From an uncultured delta proteobacterium (GTDB lineage Bacteria > Myxococcota_A > Polyangia > Polyangiales > Polyangiaceae), in the NCBI GenBank assembly GCA_963782055.1, contig CAWAIF010000003.1:2848001-2912000 (forward strand): a stretch of 64,000 bases of DNA, read 5' to 3'. Positions 1 through 8,472 of the stretch are shown piece by piece. The stretch's first letter is position 1. Every line of letters starts with the position of its first letter. A program made the position numbers and the translations under genes. The notes beneath the pieces were generated by a model. It was not told the origin of the DNA, did no database searches, and saw only the letters and a program-made list of their open reading frames with translations.

Positions 1-2
1 GC

Positions 3-584
3 AAGAAGCTGCCGGCTCAGCCGTTCGCCGCGTGGATGGCGAAGCTGGGGCTGGGAGCGGGGATGGCGCAGGCCACTCCCCCGGTGGCGGTCCCCCACGC
101 ACCGCCGCACGGCGCCCCCAAACCGCCGGGGCAACCGCAGCCTACAGCGCAGCCGCACGGGGCGAAGGACGACGAACCGCTCCTCGGGCGGCGTCACGAC
201 CGCCGCGACGACGACCTGGATCCGCGCGCGCGGCACGCCGCGCAGCTCGCGCCTCCGGCGTACGTCACGCCGCTCGCGCAGCCCGCGCCCCCGCCACCGG
301 CCGACGCGCCCGCCGCGGCGCAGGCGCACGCCTCGCTGGAGGAGCTGCTGCCCGCCCTGGTGCGTCGCGTGGCCTGGTCGGGGGACGGCAAGCGCGGCAC
401 GGTGCGGATGGAGCTCGGCGCGGGCGAGCTCGCCGGAGCGACGCTGCTCGTGTCCTCCGACGCCGGCCGCGTGCGCGTGGAGCTGAACGCCCCGCCCGGC
501 ACCGACGTCACCGCGTGGAAGGACCGGCTCCGCGCGCGGCTGGAGTCGCGCGGCCTGAGCATCGAGTCGCTCGAAGTGACCTGA
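3..584 (+). CDS. FliK/SctP-like hook- or needle-length control protein, C-terminal part (5' end probably outside the window)
   Basis: Frame is open from base 3. A Pro/Gln-rich linker precedes a FliK_C-like domain (TVRMELGAGELAGATLLVSSDAGRVRVELNA...LRARLESRGLSIESLEV). Confidence 0.6.
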   Translation, partial: KKLPAQPFAAWMAKLGLGAGMAQATPPVAVPHAPPHGAPKPPGQPQPTAQPHGAKDDEPLLGRRHDRRDDDLDPRARHAAQLAPPAYVTPLAQPAPPPPADAPAAAQAHASLEELLPALVRRVAWSGDGKRGTVRMELGAGELAGATLLVSSDAGRVRVELNAPPGTDVTAWKDRLRARLESRGLSIESLEVT

Positions 585-590
585 GCCGGC

Positions 591-1595
591 CTACGCCTCG
601 CCGAGGACGCGCAGGGCGTTGCCGCGAAGGATCTTGCCGATGACGCGCTCGGGGATGCCGGCCTCCAGCATCGCCGCGGTGAGGTGCGGCAGGCCGGTGG
701 GATCGGCCAGCTCCCGCGTCGGGACGATGAAGCCGTCCCAGTCGCTGCCCAGCGCGGGGCAGTCCTCGCCCACCACGTGCAGGATGTGCTTCATGTGCTT
801 GACGACCGGCTCCAGCCCGCCGCCGCCGAGGTAGCGCGGGCAGAAGATGACGCCCACGACGCCCCCGCGGTCCGCCACGGCGCGGAGCTGCTCGTCGTCG
901 ATGTTGCGCCAGTGCTCGAAGGCGCCCAGCACGCCGGTGTGGCTGACGATGAGGGGCCTGGTGGCGATGGCGCACGCGTCCATGAAGCCCGGCTTGTTGA
1001 TGTGAGCGAGGTCGACGATGACGCCCAGCTCCTCGCAGCGCGCCACGACGTCGCGGCCGAAGGGGGTGAGTCCGAGATCGCGGCGGCCGCGGCCGTACGC
1101 GGGGTAGCCGACCTCGTTGGCCGTGAAGTGGAGCAGCCCGAGGTAGCGCAGGCCGCGGCGGCGCCAGCCGTCCAGGCGCCCGATGTCGCCCTCCAGCGCG
1201 TGCGCGCCCTCGACGCCGAGCAGGGCGCCGAGCGCGCCGTCGCGCTGCGCGGCCTCCAGCTCCTCGCGCGTGCGCACCAGGCGCAGGTCGTGGGTGTGAG
1301 AGAGGGTCTGCTCCATCACGTCCAGCTGCTCGTCGATGGCGCGCGCCAGGCCGCGCACGCGGCCGAGGATCGGCAGGCTCACCATGGTGAAGAACTGCGC
1401 CCCCATGCCGCCGTCACGCATGCGAGGGACATCGACGTGGCCGCCCAGCGCGGCGCGCGGCAGGGGCGGCGTGTGGCGGTTGAGCAGGTCGTAGCCGACG
1501 AAGCGCCCCCACATCAGCGTGTCGGCGTGGAGGTCGATCGAGGGGTAGCGCGCGTGGATCGCGAGCGCTTCGGGGGAGACATCGGTCTCGGCCAT
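591..1595 (-). CDS. Membrane dipeptidase (peptidase M19)
   Basis: Motifs DLHADT, GHVDVPRM, LGVEGAH, DLAH, SHTG, RNIDD, GSDWDG. Confidence 0.92.
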   Translation of the reverse strand: MAETDVSPEALAIHARYPSIDLHADTLMWGRFVGYDLLNRHTPPLPRAALGGHVDVPRMRDGGMGAQFFTMVSLPILGRVRGLARAIDEQLDVMEQTLSHTHDLRLVRTREELEAAQRDGALGALLGVEGAHALEGDIGRLDGWRRRGLRYLGLLHFTANEVGYPAYGRGRRDLGLTPFGRDVVARCEELGVIVDLAHINKPGFMDACAIATRPLIVSHTGVLGAFEHWRNIDDEQLRAVADRGGVVGVIFCPRYLGGGGLEPVVKHMKHILHVVGEDCPALGSDWDGFIVPTRELADPTGLPHLTAAMLEAGIPERVIGKILRGNALRVLGEA

Positions 1596-1637
1596 CGCCG
1601 CGGAGCATAGCGCGCGTGTGTGCTAAGGTGCGGCTGC

Positions 1638-2606
1638 ATGGCAGCTCTGCCGCCCCCGATGGTCTGCGAGGACGTGCTCGAGCTCGTCGGCGGGACGCCG
1701 CTGGTGAAGGTCCGCACGCTGGGGCGGGAGGCGCCGCGGGCCGAGGTGTGGGCGAAGATGGAGCAGCAGAACCCCGGTGGCTCGCTGAAGGACCGCATCG
1801 CGGTGGCCATGCTGGACGCCGCCGCGGCCGACGGCCGCCTGCGTCCGGGGGGCGTCGTCATCGAGCCGACGAGCGGCAACACCGGCATCGGCCTGGCCAT
1901 CGCGTGCGCGGTGCGCGGCTACCGGTGCGTGCTGACGATGCCGGAGAGCATGAGCCTGGAGCGCCGGCAGCTTCTGGAGGCGCTGGGCGCCGAGCTCGTG
2001 CTCACCCCCCAGACCGAGCAGATGGAGGGCGCCGTCGCCCGGGCGCAGGCGCTCGCGGCGGAGACCGAGGGCGCCTTCATGCCGCACCAGTTCGAGAACC
2101 CGGAGAACCCGGGTGCGCACGCGCGCACGACGGCGTGGGAAATCCTGGAGTCCATGCGGGAGCTGTCGGTGGACGCGCTCGTCGCCGGCGTGGGGACCGG
2201 CGGCACCATCAGCGGGGTCGGCAAGACGCTGCGCGAGCAGCTGGGCGCGCGCGCGTCCGGCGGGCCCCTCGTCGTGGCGGTCGAGCCGGAGGCGTGCGCC
2301 ACGATCTCCCGCGGCGAGCGCGGCCCGTCCAAGATCCAGGGCCTGGCGGCCGGCTTCGTGCCCTCCAACTACCACCCTGACGTGGTGGACGGCGTGCGCA
2401 CCGTGAGCGACGAAGACGCGTGGCGCACCAAGGTGGCGCTCGCGCGCCGCGAGGGGCTGCTGGTCGGCATCAGCTCGGGGGCCGCCGTGCACGCGGCGCT
2501 CGGGGTGGCGCGGGAGCTCGGGCCCGGCAAGAACGTCGTCACCGTGCTCTGCGACACCGGCGAGCGCTACTTCAGCCTGGCGACGTTCTTCGCGGAGGTC
2601 GCGTGA
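1638..2606 (+). CDS. cysK: Cysteine synthase A (PLP-dependent)
   Basis: NPGGSLKDR (PLP Lys), [37 protein letters not shown] at 1638. Confidence 0.93.
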   Translation: MAALPPPMVCEDVLELVGGTPLVKVRTLGREAPRAEVWAKMEQQNPGGSLKDRIAVAMLDAAAADGRLRPGGVVIEPTSGNTGIGLAIACAVRGYRCVLTMPESMSLERRQLLEALGAELVLTPQTEQMEGAVARAQALAAETEGAFMPHQFENPENPGAHARTTAWEILESMRELSVDALVAGVGTGGTISGVGKTLREQLGARASGGPLVVAVEPEACATISRGERGPSKIQGLAAGFVPSNYHPDVVDGVRTVSDEDAWRTKVALARREGLLVGISSGAAVHAALGVARELGPGKNVVTVLCDTGERYFSLATFFAEVA

Positions 2607-3322
2607 GCGAGCGCCGCGACGCGCGGGTGCTGGTGGTGGGCGTGGGCGGCCTGGGGTGCCCGGCCGCCACCGTGCTCGCGCGCGCCGGCGTTGGTTTGCT
2701 GCTGCTCTGCGACGACGACGTCGTGGAGGAGGCGAACCTGCACCGGCAGGTGCTCTTCGACGCCTCGAGCGTGGGCAAGCCCAAGCTGGAGGAGGCGAAG
2801 GCCGCGCTGGAGCGGCTGGCGCCCGGGACGCGGGTGGAGCTCGCCCGGACGCGCTTCGTGCCCGGCGTCGCGCTGGAGCTGCTGGAGAACGTCGACCTCG
2901 TCGTGGAGGGGGCCGACAATTTCGCGACCAAGTTCCTCGTGGCCGATGCGTGCGGGCTTGCATCGGTGCCTGTCGTGCACGCCGCCGCCATTCGCTGGAA
3001 CGGGACGGCGCTGGCGGTCGCGGCCAAGGGCCGGCCCTGCTACCGGTGCCTCTTCGAGGACATCCCCTTCGAGCAGCAGGCGAGCTGCGCGGAGGCGGGG
3101 GTGGTGGGGCCCATGGTGGGGGTCGTCGGCGCGGTGGCGGCGGACCTGGGGCTGCGGCTGCTGGACGGCGCCGCCGCCGGGACCCTCGTCACCTACGATG
3201 CCCGGACCGACCGCATGCGGCGGCGGGTGGTGCCGCCTCGCCGGGACTGCCCCCTCTGCGCCACTCGCCGCATCGAACGTATCGACGAAACGCGCTACGT
3301 TCGGGGCGACGCGAGCCCCTGA
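2603..3322 (+). CDS. moeB: ThiF/MoeB/E1-family adenylyltransferase lacking the N-terminal RxxRQ segment
   Basis: GVGGLG, NLHRQ, ADNF, CYRC, SCAEAG, CPLC. GTG overlaps the cysK stop (GTGA). Confidence 0.9.
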   Translation: MSERRDARVLVVGVGGLGCPAATVLARAGVGLLLLCDDDVVEEANLHRQVLFDASSVGKPKLEEAKAALERLAPGTRVELARTRFVPGVALELLENVDLVVEGADNFATKFLVADACGLASVPVVHAAAIRWNGTALAVAAKGRPCYRCLFEDIPFEQQASCAEAGVVGPMVGVVGAVAADLGLRLLDGAAAGTLVTYDARTDRMRRRVVPPRRDCPLCATRRIERIDETRYVRGDASP

Positions 3323-3372
3323 GAGGGCCCTCGCGGACCTCCGAGAGAGAACGGAGCATCCAAGGAGCGATC

Positions 3373-3645
3373 ATGGAAACCATCGTGCGCATCCCCGCCC
3401 CCCTGCGGACCCTCACCGGCGGCAAGGACGAGGTGTCCGCGTCGGGCAAGACGGTCGGAGAGGTCATCGACGATCTGGAGACGAAGCACCCCGGCCTGAA
3501 GGACCGCCTGCTGGACGAGAAGGGCGTGCGGCGCTTCGTCAACATCTACGTGGGCGAGGAGGACGTGCGCTTCCTCGAGGGCCTCGCCACCGAGCTGCGC
3601 GCGGGCGATCAGCTCAGCATCGTGCCCGCCATCGCGGGGGGCTGA
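3373..3645 (+). CDS. Ubiquitin-like sulfur carrier (MoaD/ThiS/CysO family)
   Basis: 90 aa, RFVNIYV...DVRFLEGL...IVPAIAGG with C-terminal GG. AAGGAG RBS upstream. Confidence 0.93.
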   Translation: METIVRIPAPLRTLTGGKDEVSASGKTVGEVIDDLETKHPGLKDRLLDEKGVRRFVNIYVGEEDVRFLEGLATELRAGDQLSIVPAIAGG

Positions 3646-3647
3646 GC

Positions 3648-4004
3648 GTGGCCGACCGTCACGCGCGCCAGATCCGCCTCGCCGAGGTGGGCGAGGAGGG
3701 GCAGGCGCGCCTCGAGCGGGCGAGCGCCCCCATCACCGAGCGTGGCGTCGCCGGCGAGACGATGGCGCGCTACCTGACCGCGGCGGGCATCGGTACGCTG
3801 ACCGTGGACGACGACACGCACGAGCAGGCCGTCCGGGCGATGAGCGATGCCACCGGCGTGGTGCGCGGCCCGGTGGGCGCGCCCGCGCCCGACGGCGACC
3901 TGGACGATCTCCACCCCGCCGCGCGCGACGTGGCCCGGGGCGCGCGCGGCGCGGTGCGGGTGCTGCGGCGGGTGTGGCTGCGCGAGGAGCCGAAGGGGTC
4001 TTGA
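3648..4004 (+). CDS. Small degenerate ThiF/MoeB paralog (inactive E1-like subunit)
   Basis: DRHARQIRLAEVGEEGQARL matches the MoeB N-terminus and AAGIGTLTVDDD is kept. No GxGGxG, NLxRQ or Cys. Fills the gap between cysO and cysM exactly (TTGA overlap). Confidence 0.75.
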   Translation: MADRHARQIRLAEVGEEGQARLERASAPITERGVAGETMARYLTAAGIGTLTVDDDTHEQAVRAMSDATGVVRGPVGAPAPDGDLDDLHPAARDVARGARGAVRVLRRVWLREEPKGS

Positions 4005-4951
4005 GCGGAAGGACGGTCCGCGCCCGCCGCATCGAGTCGGTGGTCGACGCGGTGGGCAACACGCCGCTGGTGCGGCTCCGGCGGGTCGCGCCGGACGCGC
4101 GGGGCGTGTCCGTCTACGCCAAGCTGGAGTTCTGCAACCCCGGCGGGAGCGTGAAGGACCGCGCGGCGCTGCGCATGATCACCGACGCCATGGCCGACGG
4201 CCGCCTGCGCGAGGGCCGGACGCTCATCGACTCCACGAGCGGCAACACCGGCGTCGCCTACTCGCTCTTCGGAGCGGTGTTCGGGCTGAAGGTGCAGCTC
4301 GTGATGCCCTCCAACGTCTCCAGACCGCGCAAGGACATCGCGCGCGCCTTCGGCACCGAGATCGTCTTCTCCGACCCGATGGAGGGCTCGGACGGCGCCA
4401 TCCGGCAGGCGCGGGAGATCGTCGCGGGAGACCCGGGGCGGTACTTCTACCCGGACCAGTACGCCAACCCGTCCAACCCGCTCGCGCACTACGAGGGCAC
4501 CGGCGCGGAGCTGCTGGCCGCGCTGGGGGATCGCATCACCCACTTCGTGGCGGGGCTCGGGACGAGCGGCACGATGATGGGCACCGCTCGCCGGCTGCAC
4601 GAGCGCTCGCCGGCGATCCGGTGCGTGGCGGTCCAGCCGGCGGAGCCCATGCACGGGCTGGAGGGGCTCAAGCACATGGCCACCAGCCTGGTGCCCGCCA
4701 TCTACGACCCGTCGGTGCACGACGAGATCATGGAAGTGACCACCGAGGACGGCTGGGACATGGCCGACCGCCTCGCCGCAGAGGAAGGGCTGCACGTCGG
4801 GCACTCCTCCGGCGCCAACGTGTGGGCGGCGGTCCGCATCGCCGAGGGCCTCGCCGCCGCCGGGCGCGAAGGTTGCGTCGTAGCCGTGGTGGCCGACCGC
4901 GGCGACCGGTATTTCGCGCCGATGAAATGGGAAAGGCGCTACGTTTGGTGA
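4001..4951 (+). CDS. cysM: Cysteine synthase B / CysO-dependent sulfhydrylase
   Basis: NPGGSVKDR, STSGNTG, GLGTSGT, HGLEGLK, SSGAN, DRGDRY. Confidence 0.88.
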   Translation: MSGRTVRARRIESVVDAVGNTPLVRLRRVAPDARGVSVYAKLEFCNPGGSVKDRAALRMITDAMADGRLREGRTLIDSTSGNTGVAYSLFGAVFGLKVQLVMPSNVSRPRKDIARAFGTEIVFSDPMEGSDGAIRQAREIVAGDPGRYFYPDQYANPSNPLAHYEGTGAELLAALGDRITHFVAGLGTSGTMMGTARRLHERSPAIRCVAVQPAEPMHGLEGLKHMATSLVPAIYDPSVHDEIMEVTTEDGWDMADRLAAEEGLHVGHSSGANVWAAVRIAEGLAAAGREGCVVAVVADRGDRYFAPMKWERRYVW

Positions 4952-4957
4952 CCCGAA

Positions 4958-5479
4958 ATGCGTGACGTGGTCAAGCATCCGTGGGCGCGTGACGGCGTGA
5001 GGATGACGCGCGCGGTGGCCCAGCGCGTGGAGCAGGAGGCGATCGCCGCCTACGCGAAGGACGAGGAGAGCTGCGGCCTGCTCGTCGGCCCGTCCGCCGA
5101 CGCGCTCCTGGTCGACGCCACCGTCCCGATGCACAACCGCGCCAACAAGCTGCACGCGCTCGACCCGGAGACGTACCCGCGCACCGGCCGGATGTACTTC
5201 GACATCGACCCGCTCAAGTTCCAGAAGGCCATCGCCGCGGGCGAGGCGGAGGGACGCCCGGTGAAGGTGCTCTACCACTCGCACCTGGACGCGGGCGCTT
5301 ACTTCTCCGAGACGGACGCCGCGGCGACGACGATGGGCGGCGTCGAGCCCGCGTACGACCTGGCGTACCTGGTGACCAGCGTGCGCGAGGGCAAGGTCGA
5401 CGATCGCAAGCTCTTCGTGTGGGACCCGGACGCGCGCGCCTTCGCCCCTGCGCCGCTGGTGGTCGTGGACGCCCCGTGA
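4958..5479 (+). CDS. JAB/MPN (Mov34) metalloprotease, Mec-like CysO-cysteine peptidase
   Basis: EESCG...YHSHLDAGAYFSETD JAMM motif; operon context. Confidence 0.88.
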   Translation: MRDVVKHPWARDGVRMTRAVAQRVEQEAIAAYAKDEESCGLLVGPSADALLVDATVPMHNRANKLHALDPETYPRTGRMYFDIDPLKFQKAIAAGEAEGRPVKVLYHSHLDAGAYFSETDAAATTMGGVEPAYDLAYLVTSVREGKVDDRKLFVWDPDARAFAPAPLVVVDAP

Positions 5480-6765
5480 CGCGCCGGTCGCGAGCCGCCG
5501 GTGCCCTGGTGGTCGGCGTCGCGGCGTGCATGGCGGCGCCGGCGCGGGCGGACCTCCCCAATCTCGCCAATCTCGCCGGTCGCGTGGCGGAGGGATACCA
5601 GGCGGGGGGCGGGCGCGTGGTGACGCTGCCGGCGCGCTTCCTCTACGAGGACGAGACGGTCCCCGTCCGGGTGCCGCCCGCGCAGCAGGCGCGCTGCGTG
5701 ACGGTCGCGCTGGTGGCGGCGCGCGGGCTGTCCTTCCACGTCCACGCGGGCGCCGAGAACGACGACGACGACCAGGTTACCGGCCGCACGTCGAGCGTGG
5801 CCGGCGCGCTCGAGCTCGCGTCGTGCGACGGCCGTGGCTTCGGGCGGCTGCGCATCAAGAGCGACGCAGGCCGCGGCGCCCTCGAGGTGGTGGTGGCGTA
5901 CTCGGACAAGCCGATGCCGGCGCTCCGGTCGCTGCTGCCCGAGCGCGTCGGCGGCCCGGTGCCGCCCGCGATCGACCCCGGGGCGCTGCCTCCCGCCGTC
6001 TCGCCCGAGAAGCGCGCGGAGTCGCTCGAGGCGCGCACCCGCGACGCGGGCGGCACGGTGCTGCCGCGCGGCGCGGCCGTCTCCAACGGCGAGGGCGCCG
6101 GCATCGTGCGCGTGACGCTGGAGCCGGGCTGCCACCGCATCGGGTTCTTCTCCACGGCCGTCGTGGAGGGGAAGCGCAAGGTGCGGCTGGACGTCGACGC
6201 CGACCTGCGCGACGAGCAGGACGACACGGTGCTCGCGCGCGATCGCGGCGAGGCCTCCGACGCGCACCTGGACGCGTGCGTCGGCGCGCGCACGGTGGCG
6301 CTGGCGAGCTGGAGCGGCGCCGCCCCCGGCGCGAGCATCCTGGTGGCGCGGGGGTACTGGCCGCTGCCGGAGAAGCTGCCGCGCGTGTGGGGTCCGGCCG
6401 CGCGCGCGCGCATGGCCTCCGCGCTGCGCGCCCACGGCCTTCGCGGCCCGCGGGAGACGCCGGTGGCGCTCTACGAGGGCGTCGCCGGCGAGACGCTGCT
6501 GGGCGTCCCGTTGGAGGCGGGGGCGTGTTTCGTCGGCGTCGTCGCCGTCACGCGCGGGACACCCCACGGGATGATGCTGCGCGCCGAGGTGGGCGGTCGC
6601 GTCTCGGCCGACGACCGCGGCACGTCCGCGGGCGCAGCCCTGGTCGCCTTCTGCACCCGCGATCACGCGCTCGCCCACGTCACGGTGGACGCGCGCGGCG
6701 CCTCGCTGGCGTGGGGGCTGGCGCTCTACCGCGTGGCGCGCGGGGCGTGGGAGGAGGGGCCGTGA
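5476..6765 (+). CDS. Secreted protein with tandem Cys-containing beta-sandwich (PPC-like) repeats
   Basis: Signal peptide ending in ARA-D. About 3 repeats such as LEPGCHRI...DVDADLRD...LARD...DAHLDAC. GTGA-coupled to neighbours. Confidence 0.65.
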   Translation: MTRRSRAAGALVVGVAACMAAPARADLPNLANLAGRVAEGYQAGGGRVVTLPARFLYEDETVPVRVPPAQQARCVTVALVAARGLSFHVHAGAENDDDDQVTGRTSSVAGALELASCDGRGFGRLRIKSDAGRGALEVVVAYSDKPMPALRSLLPERVGGPVPPAIDPGALPPAVSPEKRAESLEARTRDAGGTVLPRGAAVSNGEGAGIVRVTLEPGCHRIGFFSTAVVEGKRKVRLDVDADLRDEQDDTVLARDRGEASDAHLDACVGARTVALASWSGAAPGASILVARGYWPLPEKLPRVWGPAARARMASALRAHGLRGPRETPVALYEGVAGETLLGVPLEAGACFVGVVAVTRGTPHGMMLRAEVGGRVSADDRGTSAGAALVAFCTRDHALAHVTVDARGASLAWGLALYRVARGAWEEGP

Positions 6766-8435
6766 CGCGCGTCGCGTGGGGCGTGCTCGGCGTCCTCTCG
6801 GTCGCCGCCTGCGGGGGAACGGCGGGGCCCCCCGCCGCCGTCCCGCTCGGCGCGCCGAAGGTGATCCCTGGCGATCTGGACGCGGCGGTGCTGCTGGGGG
6901 ACGCGCCCGCGCGGGCGCGCGCGGCGGGGGCCGGACCGGTGAGCGTCGTCGCGTCGGGCGCGCTGGCGGAGGGCGAGCGCATCGGCGCCTTCGTCGACGT
7001 GCCCGCCGACGCGTGCCTGCTCGCGTACGCGCGTGCGTCCGGCTCGCTGGACGACGCCAATCTGGTCGCCTTCGCCGACGAGGGCAACCCCGTCGCGGCG
7101 GACGAGGCGCCGGACCCCCACCCGACGGTGATGCTCTGCCCGCCTCACCCGAGGCGCGTGTACCTCGCCGCGCACGCGGTGTCGGGGGAGGGGCTGCTCG
7201 CGCTGGCCGCGCAGCTCGTCCCGCGCGAGAAGGCGGCGGCGGTGGCCGAGCAGGTGGGCGCGCGCGGTGGCGGCAATGGCGGCTCGCGCGCCGCGGAGGG
7301 ATGGCCCGGCCTGGACGAAGCGGTGCTCGCGCACCGCGCGGCGCTCGGTGGCAAGTGGGAGGAGTCGCGGCGGGTGGCGGTCACCGTCGACGCCCGCACG
7401 CGATCGGTGGTGCCGGTGTCGATGGACGCCAACCAGTGTCTCGACGTGCTCGTGGTGCCCGACGACGGCGTGGCCCTGCTCGACGTCGTGGTGACCGACG
7501 GCGATGGCCGCTCGGTCGCCCGCGGCGGCGGCGGCCTGCGCGATCGCGCCGCGGTGCTGTGCAGCGCGACGGCGTTCCACGGGACGGTGCTGGTGCGGCC
7601 TCACGTCGGCACCGGACTCGCGGCGGTGGTCGTGTCGCACGCGCCCATCGAGGCGGCGCCGGACCTGAGCGCGAGGCCGGACACGGTCTGGTACGCGACG
7701 ACACGCACGGTGGAGCAGGCGCGCAAGACGCTGGACGCTCGGCTCTCGCGCGAGGGCTACGGGCAGGGCGCGCTCGTCGCCAGCGGGACGCTCGCGCTGG
7801 GCAGGCGCATGACGGTGGCGGTGCTCGGCTCGTCGGGCGCATGCACGCGGGTGGACGTCGTCGCCGGCGCGCCGCTCTCCCTGCTCGACGCGCGCCTCTG
7901 GGACAATCACGGGGCCCTGGCGGCCTCGGGGAGCGGCGCCTCGCAGGTGGTGCTCTTCGCGTGCAGCTCCGCCAAGCTGCACCTGGACATCGACGCGCGC
8001 GGGCGGCCAGGTCCGTTCGGCGTGGTGACGCACAAGGAGAGGTGGCAGAGCGCGCCGCTGCTGGCGAAGCCGCTGGCAGGCTCACGCATGCTGGCGCGGA
8101 GCGTCGACGGCACGCTGGGGCTGGAGCACGGCACGACGGGGGAAGTGCGCGCCCACGCGCTGGACGCCGCCCACCGCGCGGCGTGGGAGGCTACGGCGCC
8201 CGCCGGGGCGTGCGCGGTGGTGGCGGCGGGGGCGCAGGGGCCCGGGAGCGGGGTGCTGCTGCGCGCCTTCGACGCGGGGACGGGGGAGGAGCTGGACCGC
8301 TCCCTCGGCACGACCTCCGCGCGCGTGCGTGCTTGCGCGGGCGCGACGCCGCGCAAGGTGCGCTACGAGCTCACCGTCTCGGCGGGGAAGCTGGACGTGC
8401 TCGTCGGCGAGCGCCGGCAGCCGGCGAAGCCCTGA
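6762..8435 (+). CDS. Lipoprotein with about 4 tandem PPC-like repeats
   Basis: Lipobox VAAC. Repeats DACLLAYA, NQCLDVLV, GACTRVDV, GACAVVAA, each followed by a D-x-D/ARG motif and a second Cys. Confidence 0.68.
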   Translation: MTRVAWGVLGVLSVAACGGTAGPPAAVPLGAPKVIPGDLDAAVLLGDAPARARAAGAGPVSVVASGALAEGERIGAFVDVPADACLLAYARASGSLDDANLVAFADEGNPVAADEAPDPHPTVMLCPPHPRRVYLAAHAVSGEGLLALAAQLVPREKAAAVAEQVGARGGGNGGSRAAEGWPGLDEAVLAHRAALGGKWEESRRVAVTVDARTRSVVPVSMDANQCLDVLVVPDDGVALLDVVVTDGDGRSVARGGGGLRDRAAVLCSATAFHGTVLVRPHVGTGLAAVVVSHAPIEAAPDLSARPDTVWYATTRTVEQARKTLDARLSREGYGQGALVASGTLALGRRMTVAVLGSSGACTRVDVVAGAPLSLLDARLWDNHGALAASGSGASQVVLFACSSAKLHLDIDARGRPGPFGVVTHKERWQSAPLLAKPLAGSRMLARSVDGTLGLEHGTTGEVRAHALDAAHRAAWEATAPAGACAVVAAGAQGPGSGVLLRAFDAGTGEELDRSLGTTSARVRACAGATPRKVRYELTVSAGKLDVLVGERRQPAKP

Positions 8436-8472
8436 TTGAAGCGCCCTCCAGGCGGCGCCTCTGGACGGCTGT

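Noticed and set aside
3648..4004. Calling the small MoeB-like ORF a pseudogene
   Set aside because: The frame is intact, it is coupled to both neighbours, and it keeps the very segment the upstream E1 lacks.
2603..5479. Bil/CBASS-type ubiquitin-like antiphage system
   Set aside because: No E2, cyclase or effector gene; the flanking cysK/cysM point to sulfur metabolism.
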